From positions 214,460,001 to 214,524,000 of the forward strand of contig NC_058368.1 in assembly GCF_018350175.1 (NCBI RefSeq): a DNA stretch of 64,000 bases, written 5' to 3'. This document shows, one piece after another, positions 36,158 to 48,019 of this stretch (position 1 is the first letter of the stretch; each line of letters begins with the position of its first letter). Under the pieces are notes generated by a model. The model worked only from the letters and a program-made list of their open reading frames with translations, was not told the origin of the DNA and ran no database searches. The stretch comes from Felis catus. Lineage: Eukaryota. Made by a program: the position numbers and the translations under genes.

Positions 36158-36339
36158 GGTATTGATAGATACTGAAAAGCCAAAAATAATGGCATAGTTT
36201 TGTAAACTATGTTTATAAAAGAGGGAATTTCTCAGGTGGGGAAACAAAAAATAAATATTAAAACTGAGAAAGAACATATTGGCTTCTTACATACAGAAAA
36301 CATGGAGTCAGAAGACCATAGTAGAGAGAGAGAGAAATG

Positions 36340-38080
36340 TGGGTTTATTTGGGACATTTTGAGTTTGAAGTGGTGGTGAAATCTGAGTGAACATATTCAA
36401 TAAGTGGATGGAGATGTAGACCTAGAACACAGAAAAGAGTTCAAGCTTAATATTTGAGTATAGGACCCTTCATGAAGGAGAGGTCATTGAATTCCAGAGA
36501 AAGTACTTCTGGATAAAATGGGAGAGCTTCCCTAAGGACTGAAAACATGCCAAAGTTAGAGGAAGTGTTAGAGGAAACTCAGAGGAGAGTTAGTGCCTGT
36601 GTGTTTCTCTCACATCTCAGTGCCTTATAACTGTGTGCCAATATTTGTGTTTGAAAGAATAAGTTCAGAATGACAAGGGGACCCAGACATGGGTAAAGGG
36701 AGTACAGTGTTGGCAAAGCAGGCAATGAGTCAGGGGAGAGTATGGGTAGAGTGATAGCTTGGTGGTTTCAGTATAATCAAAATTGGTTCCCTGGGAGATG
36801 GGGCAATATAGCAGGAATTTTTGTGGTAGAAGCTTATTATGCTTGTTTCAGAGTGAAATGATAAATATGGCGGGAAATAAGATAGACTACCTCCCTCATT
36901 CTGGATCTTGCTTTCTCAAAAGCACTGTAGACAAGTAAACTAACAGTTTCAGTGTCATGTGCCATGACACAGAGCAAATATAGAGGCTGGAATGCTGTAG
37001 GTGCCTATAAGAGACAACCTGATTGGACTTCAGAAAGTGACTTCTAAACTAAGATTGTAAGAATGAGAAAGAGATAGAAGGCTAAGAAGTTACAGGGAGA
37101 TGGACACATTATGTAGTTTGGATTTGAACCTGTGAGCACTGATAATTTTAAGTAGGGATGTGACATAACCAGATATGTGTTTTAGAAGGAAGAAGACTGA
37201 AGGCACAGAGTCTAATTAAGGACTGCTGAAGATATCATGGTAATAGATGATCATACGGTGAACTAAAAGTGTGATAGAAATAAATTCCAAGGGCACGTAG
37301 TAAATACAGTCAAAAAACTTGATTAATTGGATATAGAAAATAAAAGAAAAAGGTAAAGAGCAATTCAAAGGTTACATGTTACACAAAGGGATGGACTGGA
37401 TAATATTCACTGAGCTAAGGAGCATAAGAAGAAAAGAATGAAAGTGTTGAGGGGGAGGAGACAAGTAAATTTCTGAACTGGATTAATTTTTTTAATGTTT
37501 ATTTATTTTTGAGAGAGAAAGGGAGAGGGAGCACAGGTCAGGGAGGGGCAGAGAGAGAGGGAGACACAGAATCAGAAGCAGGCTCCAGTCTCTGAGCTGT
37601 CAGCACAGAGCCTGGTGTGGGGCTCAAACCCACAAATGAACTGGATTAATTTAAGGTAGCTGTGGAAACCAAGTTCCAAACTTATGCTCAAGAGAAAGAT
37701 TTGGGCTAGAAAAAGAGGTTTGGAAGTCATCATACCCATTATATGCTACTGCTGTCACTACTAATATTATTATAAACAACAGCAATAGCAATTATGGACT
37801 GTGATGACCTAATAGAAGGTGATGGAAAGGAAAATATTTCAAGATAGTGGAAGTTGACCATACTGGAGAAGGAAGCTATAAATGGCCAAGCTGGGGGCAT
37901 AAGGCAATAAAGGGCTATGACATGTAGACCATGGGTGGAAGGATGCGCATTAGGTCAAGATACAACATTAATGGTAAGAAGGTGAGAAGGAAAGGATAGA
38001 TGTAACTATCAAACTTCTGTCAGTTTGGAAGTTAGGAGTTAATGGTATTCATTTCTGGTGGCCCCTGTGTTTATTTGTTG
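36340..38080 (-). mobile_element. Fragmented L2 (several pieces)
   Basis: TTTGGGACATTTTGAGTTTGAAGTG; CCAGATATGTGTTTTAGAAG; GATTTGGGCTAGAAA...TTTGGAAGTCATCA. Confidence 0.6.
37490..37636 (-). mobile_element. 5'-truncated Can-SINE (A box missing)
   Basis: Body ends at GGGCTCAAACCCACAAA; perfect TSD TGAACTGGATTAATTT (37474-37489 / 37637-37652). Confidence 0.95.
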
Positions 38081-38599
38081 GAGGGGACAGGGCTGTGGTA
38101 TAGAGGATATACAGTAGTAAGTTCAAGTGCAGAAGTGTCTTTTGGTCAAGGTTAGTCTTATGAACACATTTGCTCTATCCCTATGGTAGGGTTGTGTTTG
38201 GCTGAGGTTTCTAAGCACTGCGTTATAGGAATATGTTCTTTGCACAATGGATTTATTGCATAAGAGCAGGCTTGATATTCATGGATGTAAACAAGCTTAT
38301 AAGGTTGTTATATTAAAGCACTTAACCTCTAGTAATGTCATAAAGCATCTCCAAAAAATGGCAGTGCCAGCACAGTGTGAATTGGATTATATATTATTTG
38401 ATCCTACATGTCTTTCCTCAGCTTTCATGAAGAACACAAAACAGATGTAAGGGACAGAAATACAAGTATGTGAGAGAGCCATAATGGTACATAAAGTTCT
38501 GAATAATCTCATCATTTAGAAAGTCTGTGTCTGTACAAGGTTTAGGGCAGTTACCTTTGACATTCTGGGTTCTCACTGGGAAGAAAAAGAAATGAAGAA

Positions 38600-38725
38600 G
38601 TGGTGCAGTGTGGAGGAAGGTAAGAAACTCTTTTTCTTCCAGTGGGTTGACTTTATCACTAACTAGCTGTGGAATTTGGGGAAGATGATTTAATCTCACT
38701 AATTTGCAGTTTTCTAAGTTAAAGG
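38600..38725 (+). mobile_element. MIR fragment
   Basis: CACTAACTAGCTGTGGAATTTGGGGAAGATGATTTAATCTC. Confidence 0.65.
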
Positions 38726-38804
38726 CAGCTAGGAACCTAATTTGTGAATGCCTCTGAATGTCATCATATTTTTATATGTTGTATATTTAAACTTCAAATG
38801 TATA

Positions 38805-38935
38805 TTATTATTTCCATTTTCTAGATAAGAATATGGAAGCTTGGTTAAGTTAAAACGCAACCTCAAGTTTAAATAGCTTGGTCCTAAACCTAGGTCTTAT
38901 CTGAATTCAAAGTCTGTGCATTTTCCATTACAGTG
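38805..38935 (-). mobile_element. MIR fragment
   Basis: ATTATTTCCATTTTCTAGATAAGAA...GGTTAAGT...AACCTAGGTCTTATCTGAATTCAAAGTC. Confidence 0.7.
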
Positions 38936-39710
38936 ACTAATCATCCACCTGCCCTTCAGTCCAGAAATCCTATGAAGAATTAAGGAAGAACTTTTTTATG
39001 TTGGTGACACTTTCTTCAGTTTCTACTTCTCCCTTTATCCATTATCTGTACTCCCACATTACTCTGTTTATTTTATAGTTTAATAAATGGGCCCTTTGGC
39101 CCACCTGTTTTCTTCACACCCTATACCACTCTCCTAATTTTTCGTCTCTTTCCCTACCTTTAAATTAGCAGAGGATTCTGATCACCTGGGAAGGTAGTGG
39201 GCCATGGTCATAAAAATGCATGCCTAGTATTAAGGGCAGAATTGTACTATAAAAGAAAATTGTGTCATAGAATGAGCTCCTTTTTTCACTGACCCCATTA
39301 CCCTGGTAAACTACTCTGCTTTATCTATATTCTTAGCTGTAAATGGACAGGTCATATTTCATAGGTTGCTTAAGCTAAAAAATCTTGCTGGGCCCATCTG
39401 TTATGTAGAACCAATTTCCATCAGGAAATCTAAAATTCTACAGCTGGAAGGGACTCAAAGATCAGCTAATCATACTAGGTCATTTTAGAATTGGGAAATT
39501 GGGTCTCTGCAAGAATAAGTGCTTTCCCCAAGGTTACCATGAGGAGCAAAATTCATACTCACCCAATGGAGGGTTTGAATGAGCATGTTTGATTTGAAGT
39601 CTCAACATCTGATCAATTATTTAACTAGAAAGGGCTGTGAACATCTTTGTATGTTTCCTAATGGAATAAATGGTTAAGTCCATACATCTTAGTGGTTGAG
39701 AGGATGTAAG

Positions 39711-39934
39711 TTTTTTTTTTTAATTTTTTTTAACGTTTATTTATTTCTGAGACAGAGAGAGACAGAGCATGAACAGGGGAGGGGCAGAGAGAGAGGGAGA
39801 CACAGAATCTGAAACAGGCTCCAGGCTTTGAGCTGTCAGCACAGAGCCTGACGCGGGGCTCGAACTCATGGACCGTGAGATCATGACCTGAGCCGAAGTC
39901 GGACGCTTAACCGACCAAGCCACCCAGGCACCCC
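39711..39934 (-). mobile_element. Can-SINE, full length
   Basis: Canonical body; TSD GAGAGGATGTAAG (39698-39710) / GAGAGAATGTAAG (39935-39947). Confidence 0.98.
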
Positions 39935-42482
39935 GAGAGAATGTAAGGTTAAAGTCACGACTCTGTTGCTTTCTATGTGCAAGTCTTGTGCTCTATGAGC
40001 TCTGTAAAGGCAGGGATCATATATCTTTTGGTTATCATAGCTGCACCTAGCATGAAACTGCTAAGTCAGGGATACTTGACTTCATTCATTTGGAGGAATA
40101 AATGAGTGCATCAGTCGTTTCTACCTCTTAAATCCTTGTGAGGTTCAAAACAAATTTTAGCACACTAGGACCAGAAGAAACTCCAAGTGAATATTAGTTA
40201 TTATTATTGCTAAAAACAAAGCTGAGTGTCCTCTTGCTTTATATTTAACATTTATGAACATCAGAGATCATTCTGATCATGTTCAGTAAGCTCTTTCATC
40301 CTAAAGATTATTTTAAGAATGCTCACAGGGCCCTTAGAAACAATAGGCAAGAAAGACAAAAGAATAGACTTGCTATAATATAAGCGTGTACAGATGGTAC
40401 AGAGGGAGGTAATAATAAGGGTCTGTGTTGGAAGATTGTGGAGAGAAGGACAACAATGAAGTTTTAACTGTATGGAGACTGTTTCTGCCAGGCTTTTCCT
40501 ATCTCTCTTTCTTTGCTTAATGCTGAGCAGTAAAAACTCTTGTATCAATACAAAGTGTTGGCAAGTTGGTTTTCTGCAGTTCTTTGAGGTTTCTAGTGAA
40601 ACAACAAAAATTAAGGGAGTCATTTACCTACCAGAAAAGTACAACCCCCTTGTTTTTGAAGAAAGTGAAATCTATTCTATTAATGCCAAATCTATGAAAA
40701 AACAGGGGCTGTCAACTATGGAGTGAAAGGAAGTGCCTGTGTTTATATTGGCTTTTAGTTTTTTTAGTAAATTTTTAGAGCCTACATACATTACATTAAC
40801 AAATAATAGTAGCCTGGTACAGGGGTTGTGAAATTGTAGTTTAGATCATAAATGTCAAAGTATATTTAGTATTTATATTAGTATAGGACTAAAATGTTTT
40901 CGGATCCTTAATAAAATTAGTCAAAATTCATCAAAATATATTGATTCCAGCAGATGACTATATTAAACATTTTTTTTTACAGTGAAGCAACAAATTATTA
41001 TTGGTTTCTATCAGGGCTTGGATCATATTAATTTTAGAAAAATCATGAGATGATATCAGTGTCTTGTGAATTACTGTATTTCCTATAAGCTAAACTTGTA
41101 ATATGGCCATTTACAAAGCTATCCATGAATCTTTAAAATATTGCTCTTGGAAGAGAATCTCCGCTTAGGACAATGCCCTTTCAAATCCATGGCCTCTAAG
41201 TGTCTGTAGAGAAAATATTTGAGGTCAAGAATAACCAAATCCTAGACAACAACTACAGTTTGTCAAAAAACAGGGCATCTGGAATCCTTATCTAAGTACT
41301 AATGATGCCTATTGCTACTTGACCCACTTTTTTTTCTCCTTATAAAGTAATTCACATTTGTTTCAGTGATATGAAAAGGAAGCAAGCTACAAAGCATTTA
41401 TTTTATTTTGAAATGTCTTTAAATAATCAAGAAATCCATTTTTAAATGTCAAAATTTATTTGGAATTTATAACCTTGTACAGATAATTCAAATAGTAACT
41501 ATACATATGGAAGGCAACCTCATTAAATTGGATTTTAAATGGATAGGGACACATGATCACATCTGACACAAAGAATTTCTCTTTCAAACAGAATTCATAA
41601 AATATACATCAGCCATGGTGAAGTTCACATGGGCTGTTGAGTCATTGATTAAGATATGAAATAGTTCCTTTACGACACAAACATAGGCTTACTAATCTAT
41701 AACATTTTATAATGTATGCACTTACATTTTAGTGACAATGCTTTTGAAAATAATAATGGCATCTTATTTTTCATAAGTTACACCTTTTACATAAGTTATA
41801 CCTTTTAATACTACAAATTTATTGATGATCTTGATTTTTAAGTTTAAGAAACACGTAATTATGTTGGAGGTCTACTTCAGTGGTGTGGGAACGATTCAAA
41901 TTTTGGAGCATAGTTTTAGAACTAAGCAGACCTGTCTTTGATGAGCTAATTTCGAGAGAAGTCTAGAGGGTCCAAAGCATGATCAGGTAGGGCAGAAGAT
42001 ATACATTAAGCCTGGCTTTTTATTCAGTATGGCAAAAATCAGGTAAGTGGAAGGTACAGGGAAAGAATCTGTTGCATTTCTCTTTTGCATATGCTCCTTC
42101 TCCTCTACTGATTCATTAATTCTCTGGCCAACAGAATGAGGTGTTCCCTTCCTAAGCACCACTTTCCTGGTCTTACCTTTCTCTCAAAGCATTGATTGCA
42201 GGAGACACCTGCCAAGAATCCTAGCCAATAGTGGTCTTCTTCAGTTTTAAGTGGAGAAACAGTATAAAGGATATTAAGGACTGTGCCTGGCAAGCTTGAT
42301 GAGACCAGAGAATTCAAGCACAAACTTGGAGCAGCTGTCCCTTAAAGGGCAGTTGATGCTGTGAGCTTCCTTGGTTTGTTTATGGCATTCCATGAGGAGC
42401 AGGTCACCACTGTTCAGAGTCTTTCTGCTGCTGTCTGCTTCATTGAGGTGTTCCTAGAATTACCACCCAACTGATAAAATTA

Positions 42483-42484
<2 letters not shown>

Positions 42485-42515
<31 letters not shown>

Positions 42516-42545
42516 CAAAACAAAACAAACAACAACAAAAAACCA
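42485..42545. repeat. (AAAAC)n microsatellite
   Basis: Directly visible. Confidence 0.95.
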
Positions 42546-42851
42546 ACCTGGTCAATGGATATATTTAATGTCTTAGAATTTCATTACCTATGTGAAATGC
42601 TGGACATAGTAACATTGATAATTTTCACTGAAGTACTTATATAGAAACAATATCCGGGGGTTTCCTTACTGTCTGTTTTCATAGAATTAAACATTAAATA
42701 TCCCATTTTCAAGAATTGTTAGAAACTGAGGCAAAAGAGGAAGGATACAAGATAGAATTTAAAAAATCTCTCTTAGAAGCTTCTTTCATATGTATAAGTC
42801 CCTTACAGTGAAATATATCTTATAGTGTGATAAGTGTAATGTATATACCTA

Positions 42852-43046
42852 TTTTTTTTAACTTTTAAAAATATGAACTTTTTATTTTAGTCTTAGATTT
42901 ATAGAAAAGTTGCAAAGATAGTTCAGAGTTCCCATATACCACATACCCAGTTTCTTGTATTATTAACATAGTACATAATTGATATATTGTCACAATTAAT
43001 AAACTAATACTGATATATTGAGTAAAGTCAGTGCTTCATTCACATT
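42852..43046 (-). mobile_element. Old L1M 3' end (L1MD-like), truncated at the younger L1
   Basis: TTAGATTTATAGAAAAGTTGCAAAGATAG...TTCCCATATACC...TGTCACAATTAATAAACTAATACTGAT...TAAAGTC. Confidence 0.75.
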
Positions 43047-43690
43047 TATTTTATTTATTTATTTTTTTAAAATTTACATCCAAATTACTTAGCATATAGT
43101 GCAAAAATGATTTCAGGAGTAGATTCCTTAGTGCCCCTTACCCATTTAGCCCATTCCCCCCTCCCATGACCCCTCCCATAACCCTCAGTTTGTTCTCCAT
43201 GTTTATGAGTCTCTTCTGTCTTGTCCCCTCCCTGTTTTTATATTATTTTTGTTTCCCTTCCCTATGTTCATCTGTTTTGTCTCTTAAAGTCCTCATATGA
43301 GTGAAGTCATATGATTTTTGTCTTTCTCTGACTGACTAATTTCACTTAGCATAATAACTTCCAGTTCCATCCATGTAGTTGCAAATGTCAAGATTTCATT
43401 CTTTTTGATTGCCGAGTAATACTCCATTGTATATATATACCACATCTTCTTTATCCATTCATCCATTGATGGACATTTGGGCTCTTTCCATACTTTGGCT
43501 ATTGTTGATAGTGCTGCTATAAACATGTGGGTGCATGTGTCCCTTCGAAACAACACACCAGTATCCCTTGGATAAATGCCTAGTAGTGCAACTGCTGGGT
43601 TGTAGGGTAGTTCTATTTTTAGTCTTTTGAGGAACCTCCATACTGTTTTCCAGAGTGGTTGCACCGGCTTGCATTCCCACCAACAGTGTA
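43047..43690 (-). mobile_element. Felid LINE-1, non-inverted 3' segment of a 5'-inverted insertion
   Basis: (TTTA)n tail, 3'UTR, ORF 43293-43664 [23 protein letters not shown]...EKDKNHMTSLI. Confidence 0.97.
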
Positions 43691-44623
43691 ACAGATCAAT
43701 GAAACCAGAAGCTGGTTCTTTGAAAGAATTAACAAAATTGATAAACCACTAGCCAGTTTGATCAAAAAGAAAAAGGAAAGGACCCAAATAAATAAAATCA
43801 AGAATGAAAGAGAAGAGATCACAACCAACACAGCAGAAATAAAAACAATAATAAAAGAATATTATGAGCTATTATATGTCAATAAAATGGGCAATCTGGA
43901 AGAAATGGACAAATTCCTAGAAACATATACAGTACCAAAACTTAAACGGGAAGAAATAGAAAATTTGAACAGACCCATAACCAGTAAGGAAATCGAATTA
44001 GTAATGAAAGAATCTGCCAAAAAACAAGAGTCCAGGGCCAGATGGCTTTCCAGGGGAATTCTACCAAACATTTAAGGAAGAGTTAACACCTATTCTCTTG
44101 AAGCTGTTCCAAAAAATAGAAATGGAAGGAAAACTTCCAAACTCTTTCTATGAAGCCAGCATTACCTTGATTCCAAAACCAGCCAGAGACCCCACTAAAA
44201 AGGAGAACTATAGACCAATTTCCCTGATGAACATGGATGCAAAAATCCTCAACACGATATTAGCCAACCGGCTCCAACAATACATTAAAAAAATTATTCA
44301 CCACGACCAAGTGGGATTTATACCTGGGATGCAGGGCTGGTTCAATATCCGCAAAACAATTAACATGATTCATCACATCAGTAAAAGAAAGGACAAGAAC
44401 CGTGTGACCCTCTCAATAGACGCAGAGAAAGCATTTGAGAAAATACAGCATCCTTTCTTGATAAAAACCCTCAAGAAGGTGAGGATAGAAGGAGCATACC
44501 TCAAGATCATAAATGCCATATATGAATGACCCAACGCTAATATCATCCTCAAGGCAGAAAAACTGAGAGCTTTCCCCCTAAGGACAGGAACAAAACAGGG
44601 ATGTCCATTCTTGCTACTGTTAT
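43691..44623 (+). pseudogene. LINE-1 ORF2 fragment (linker + N-terminal RT subdomains), inverted 5' segment
   Basis: [11 protein letters not shown]...[10 protein letters not shown]...; [17 protein letters not shown]...[16 protein letters not shown]...[17 protein letters not shown]...SIDAEKAF; frameshift near 44010 and stop at 44527. Confidence 0.97.
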
Positions 44624-44704
44624 ACTATTTTTATAGATAAGCATCAGATTAGATCTTATCTATATATTTTTTTTGAATGGGGAATCCACTGGCCAGTCTT
44701 CTCT

Positions 44705-44911
44705 TTTTTATTTTTATTTATTTTTGACAGAGAGAGGGAGACAGAGCATGAACAGGGGAGGGTCAGAGAGAGGGAGACACAGAATCTGAAACAGGCTCCA
44801 GGCTCTGAGCTGTCAGCACAGAGCCCGACGCAGGGCTTGAACTCACAAACCGCGAGATCATGACCTGAGCCAAAGTCGGACGCTCAACCGACTGAGCCAC
44901 CCAGGCGCCCC
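44705..44911 (-). mobile_element. Can-SINE, full length
   Basis: Canonical body ending CCACCCAGGCGCCCC; short TSD core CTTCTCT on both sides. Confidence 0.97.
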
Positions 44912-45697
44912 TGGGCTTCTCTGTTTTGAGTATACCAATAAAAGCCTTGATTAGACTAATTGGTTTAGTAACAGGGCCACATTTTAAAATTCATGTTTTC
45001 AGGCAGGTTTGTTAGTTTGTTTTGTTTGGGTTTGTTCGTTGATGGCTAACATATGAGACCCACTACATAGCTCAATTGAATCAGTACCTCCTTGCCTCCA
45101 GTACTGCCGTTTGCTATGAAATATTGCAATGTGCGTGCTATACTATACACCTTGTATACCTAACATCCTTCATTTCTGCTACATCATCCAACATAACCAA
45201 TTGTTATTGTGAATATCTTTACAAAGAATTACTCAACAGAGGCCTATTAAAAAGAAAAGCTAATATTAATACATTTTTTTTCTGCTTCTAAGCCTCATCT
45301 TTTGATCTAATATCTTTTATCTCTTTAATCAATCTTGTCACCAGTGTATGGGAAGCATGCATGACCAATATACAAAGTAATATAATGATACCCGTTACAA
45401 AGGAAACAGTAACAATAGTTGTATTCAGTTTATAGATAATGTTCACTACTCTGCTTTGTCTAAAAAGATCATATGTGGTCGAGTGGATTCATAATTAAAA
45501 TATTTATATTTGTAAATATAATGAAAGCCAAAAAGCAAAACTTAGTCAATATGATTGTGCAACCTTCCATACAGTAAGCAGAGAAATTCTACTCCAGGAC
45601 TAGTAGGCTGTCTGGTGGTTTGAGTGAGTCAGCCTACATATACACATGTGCTGAATTGTACCAAACTGACAAAATATTGACCATGTCTTCTGTGTGA

Positions 45698-45900
45698 ATC
45701 ATTCATTCTTTTGAATATTTACAGAATGCCCGGCACTGTATAGCAGAGTATAAGACAGATGAAGTTTCTTCCTGCTTGATGTTTACATAAGACTAGCCAG
45801 GGGATGTGGGACAAGAGAAATACATACAAATAATATGGTAGAGAGTGATGAGTGCTAAGAATGAATAAGTGGAGGCTGTGATAGAGACTCATAAGGAGAC
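45698..45900 (-). mobile_element. L2 3' fragment
   Basis: TCATTCATTCTTTTGAATATTTACAGAATGCCCGGCACTGT...ATAAGACAGATGAAGTTTCTTCCTGC. Confidence 0.65.
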
Positions 45901-46024
45901 TTCCTTTATATAGAAGGAACTGCAGAGTGTAGGGTGATAGCAGAGAGGCAGTCTCTACCCTCAAATTGCTGACAACCCAGGGAGTGGCTGAGATGTGTAC
46001 ACTGAGAGCCGTTACTCACAAGTG

Positions 46025-46260
46025 TGCTGTTTCTCAATGGAGTCCTGCCAAATCCTCATTCTGCAAGAGAGATGTTAATAGGTATTTTATGAAAACAATG
46101 AAAAGTTTTGTGATCATATATATCTAGAGAGCACTGTGTAGCCATGTAGCACAAGGCAAAGCTCAAAGCAGTGTGGGCTCTGGGAAGTCCAATAGTAATA
46201 AAAAGTTACATAAACTTGTTTAATCCTATATTTCAAAAATTATTTTGACCATGGATCCTG
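46025..46260. mobile_element. hAT-Charlie MITE (MER103-like)
   Basis: CTGTTTCTCAA...GTTTTGTGATCATAT...AGCACTG; TATTTCAAAATTATTTTGACCATGGA. Confidence 0.5.
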
Positions 46261-46674
46261 ATTCCAGTCTAGTAAGTGCTTTACCATTCAATGAACTTGA
46301 ATGATATTGAAGACATAAAGGGGCATAAATATCATGAGGTTTGGCAGCATAGATGACTGTGTATTTTGTGAATAAAAATAATAGTTATGGAAAATTTGGA
46401 GATCATCATTTTTTGGTGATGGCCATCATTGTCCAATGGTTCTCAGAAATGTTTTTCTAGTGGAAATGATTTGGGGATGGTGTTTAACTCTAGTTATTAG
46501 GGATATTAACATATATAATGCCAATCTAATAAAAATGGAAAATAATGATTTTTTTTCTGTTTTGGCTTCTCTAGGATTATTATAATGGTACTACATATCA
46601 GTGATAGGATACAAATAAGTCTACTTCATGAAACTCTTGTCTTTTGATTATTAATGGAGTAATTCATAGTCATA

Positions 46675-47115
46675 TTATCAGTCAGATGGTACACACATAT
46701 AGACTTGATATTTTGAGATAATTTGCAGAGGTGTCAGTAGAGTTTAAAGAAACCAACAAGAGATTGAAATACCCCGAAAAGAGTGAAAATAAGAGTTCTT
46801 AACCATCTTTACTTCTAAACCCAAACGCGAAGCTGTATAGAGAGAGCTGGCTTGGATGAATGGTGCCTTTCACTATAGGGCAGCCCCCCAGCTCATAAAC
46901 ACTTGGCAGAAAGAGAGCTGGAGGGATAAATATCCCAGCTTATATCCTTCTGCCCTCAAATTGCCTACCTGTACCTCCTAATGTCTAAAAACAGCTAGAA
47001 GAGAAAGGGCAAAGGGGCCTGTTGATGACTTTCATACAGGTCAGCCTTTGAGGCCAGAACAGAGTGAAGAAGAGTATAAATCAATTTTGGAGAGGAAAAT
47101 GGACTGTATTCAACA
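46675..47115 (-). mobile_element. LTR33-like ERVL solo LTR
   Basis: GTTGATG...CATACAGGTCAGCCT...CAGAGTGAAGAAG...TGGAGAGGAAAATGGA...TATTCAACACA resembles the reverse-complemented LTR33 5' end. Confidence 0.7.
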
Positions 47116-47649
47116 CAGGGTCATTTTTATGTTCTTCATGAAAGAAAATTTAGATGACAGGTGTGAATCTTTTAATCAAGAGGAATGTATATCTATATAT
47201 AACTACCCAACTCTAGTATTGATACAACTTAGTTTTGAAAATCTTGATGTGTAGGTTTATTCCTATACCATGAAGAGTCTGCTACCACTGTGTACTGTGA
47301 AATCATCATATTGTATTATATTTTAGATACCCATGATCACTTTACTAGTGGGGTCCATACTCCACTCTTTCTTTAAAATAAAGGTAGTGGCTACTCTGCC
47401 TTATTCCTATGTTGAAAGGCAAATATAAATGAGGTGTTCTGTGTAATCACTCAGAATAATTTGCTTTCTGCTTAATTCTTCTTGCTCCTTAACTCTTATA
47501 GGGGGATTCTGTTGGGAGTTCTGCTTGGATCTCCTTGGATATCTTTTACTTTCTCCTTGTATACCCGCAAGATTCTGGGTCTTTTGCTTCTTATGGCATG
47601 TATCTGCAGCTCCACTGGGACTGGCACCACTCTGCTGGTGTGTAGCACC

Positions 47650-48019
47650 TTAGTAGTCAGCTCAGGCTGCCATAACAAAATACCATAAACTGGATGGCTA
47701 AAACAACAGAAATTTATTTTCTTTATGTTCTTGAGGCTAGAAGTCCAAGATCAAGCTTTTACCATGATTGTTTTCTGGTGGGAACTTTCTTTTTATCTTG
47801 TAGATGTCTGCCTTCCCTTTGTCTTTGCACAGTGTAAGAGGTGGAGGAGAGCAAGCTCCCTGGTGTCTTCTAATGGTATTAATCCCATTGTGAGGGCCCC
47901 ACATGGTTTCATCCAAAGCTAATTATCTTCCAAAGACCCAGTCTCCAAATACTTTTCCATTAGAGGTTAGGGGTTCAATAAGAATAAGATTTGGGGGGAA
48001 TATATTTTAGTCCATAGCA
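47650..48019 (-). mobile_element. MLT1A-like MaLR solo LTR
   Basis: GTCAGCTCAGGCTGCCATAACAAAATACCATAAACTGG...GAGGCTAGAAGTCCAAGATCAAG...TTAGTCCATAGCA. Confidence 0.9.
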
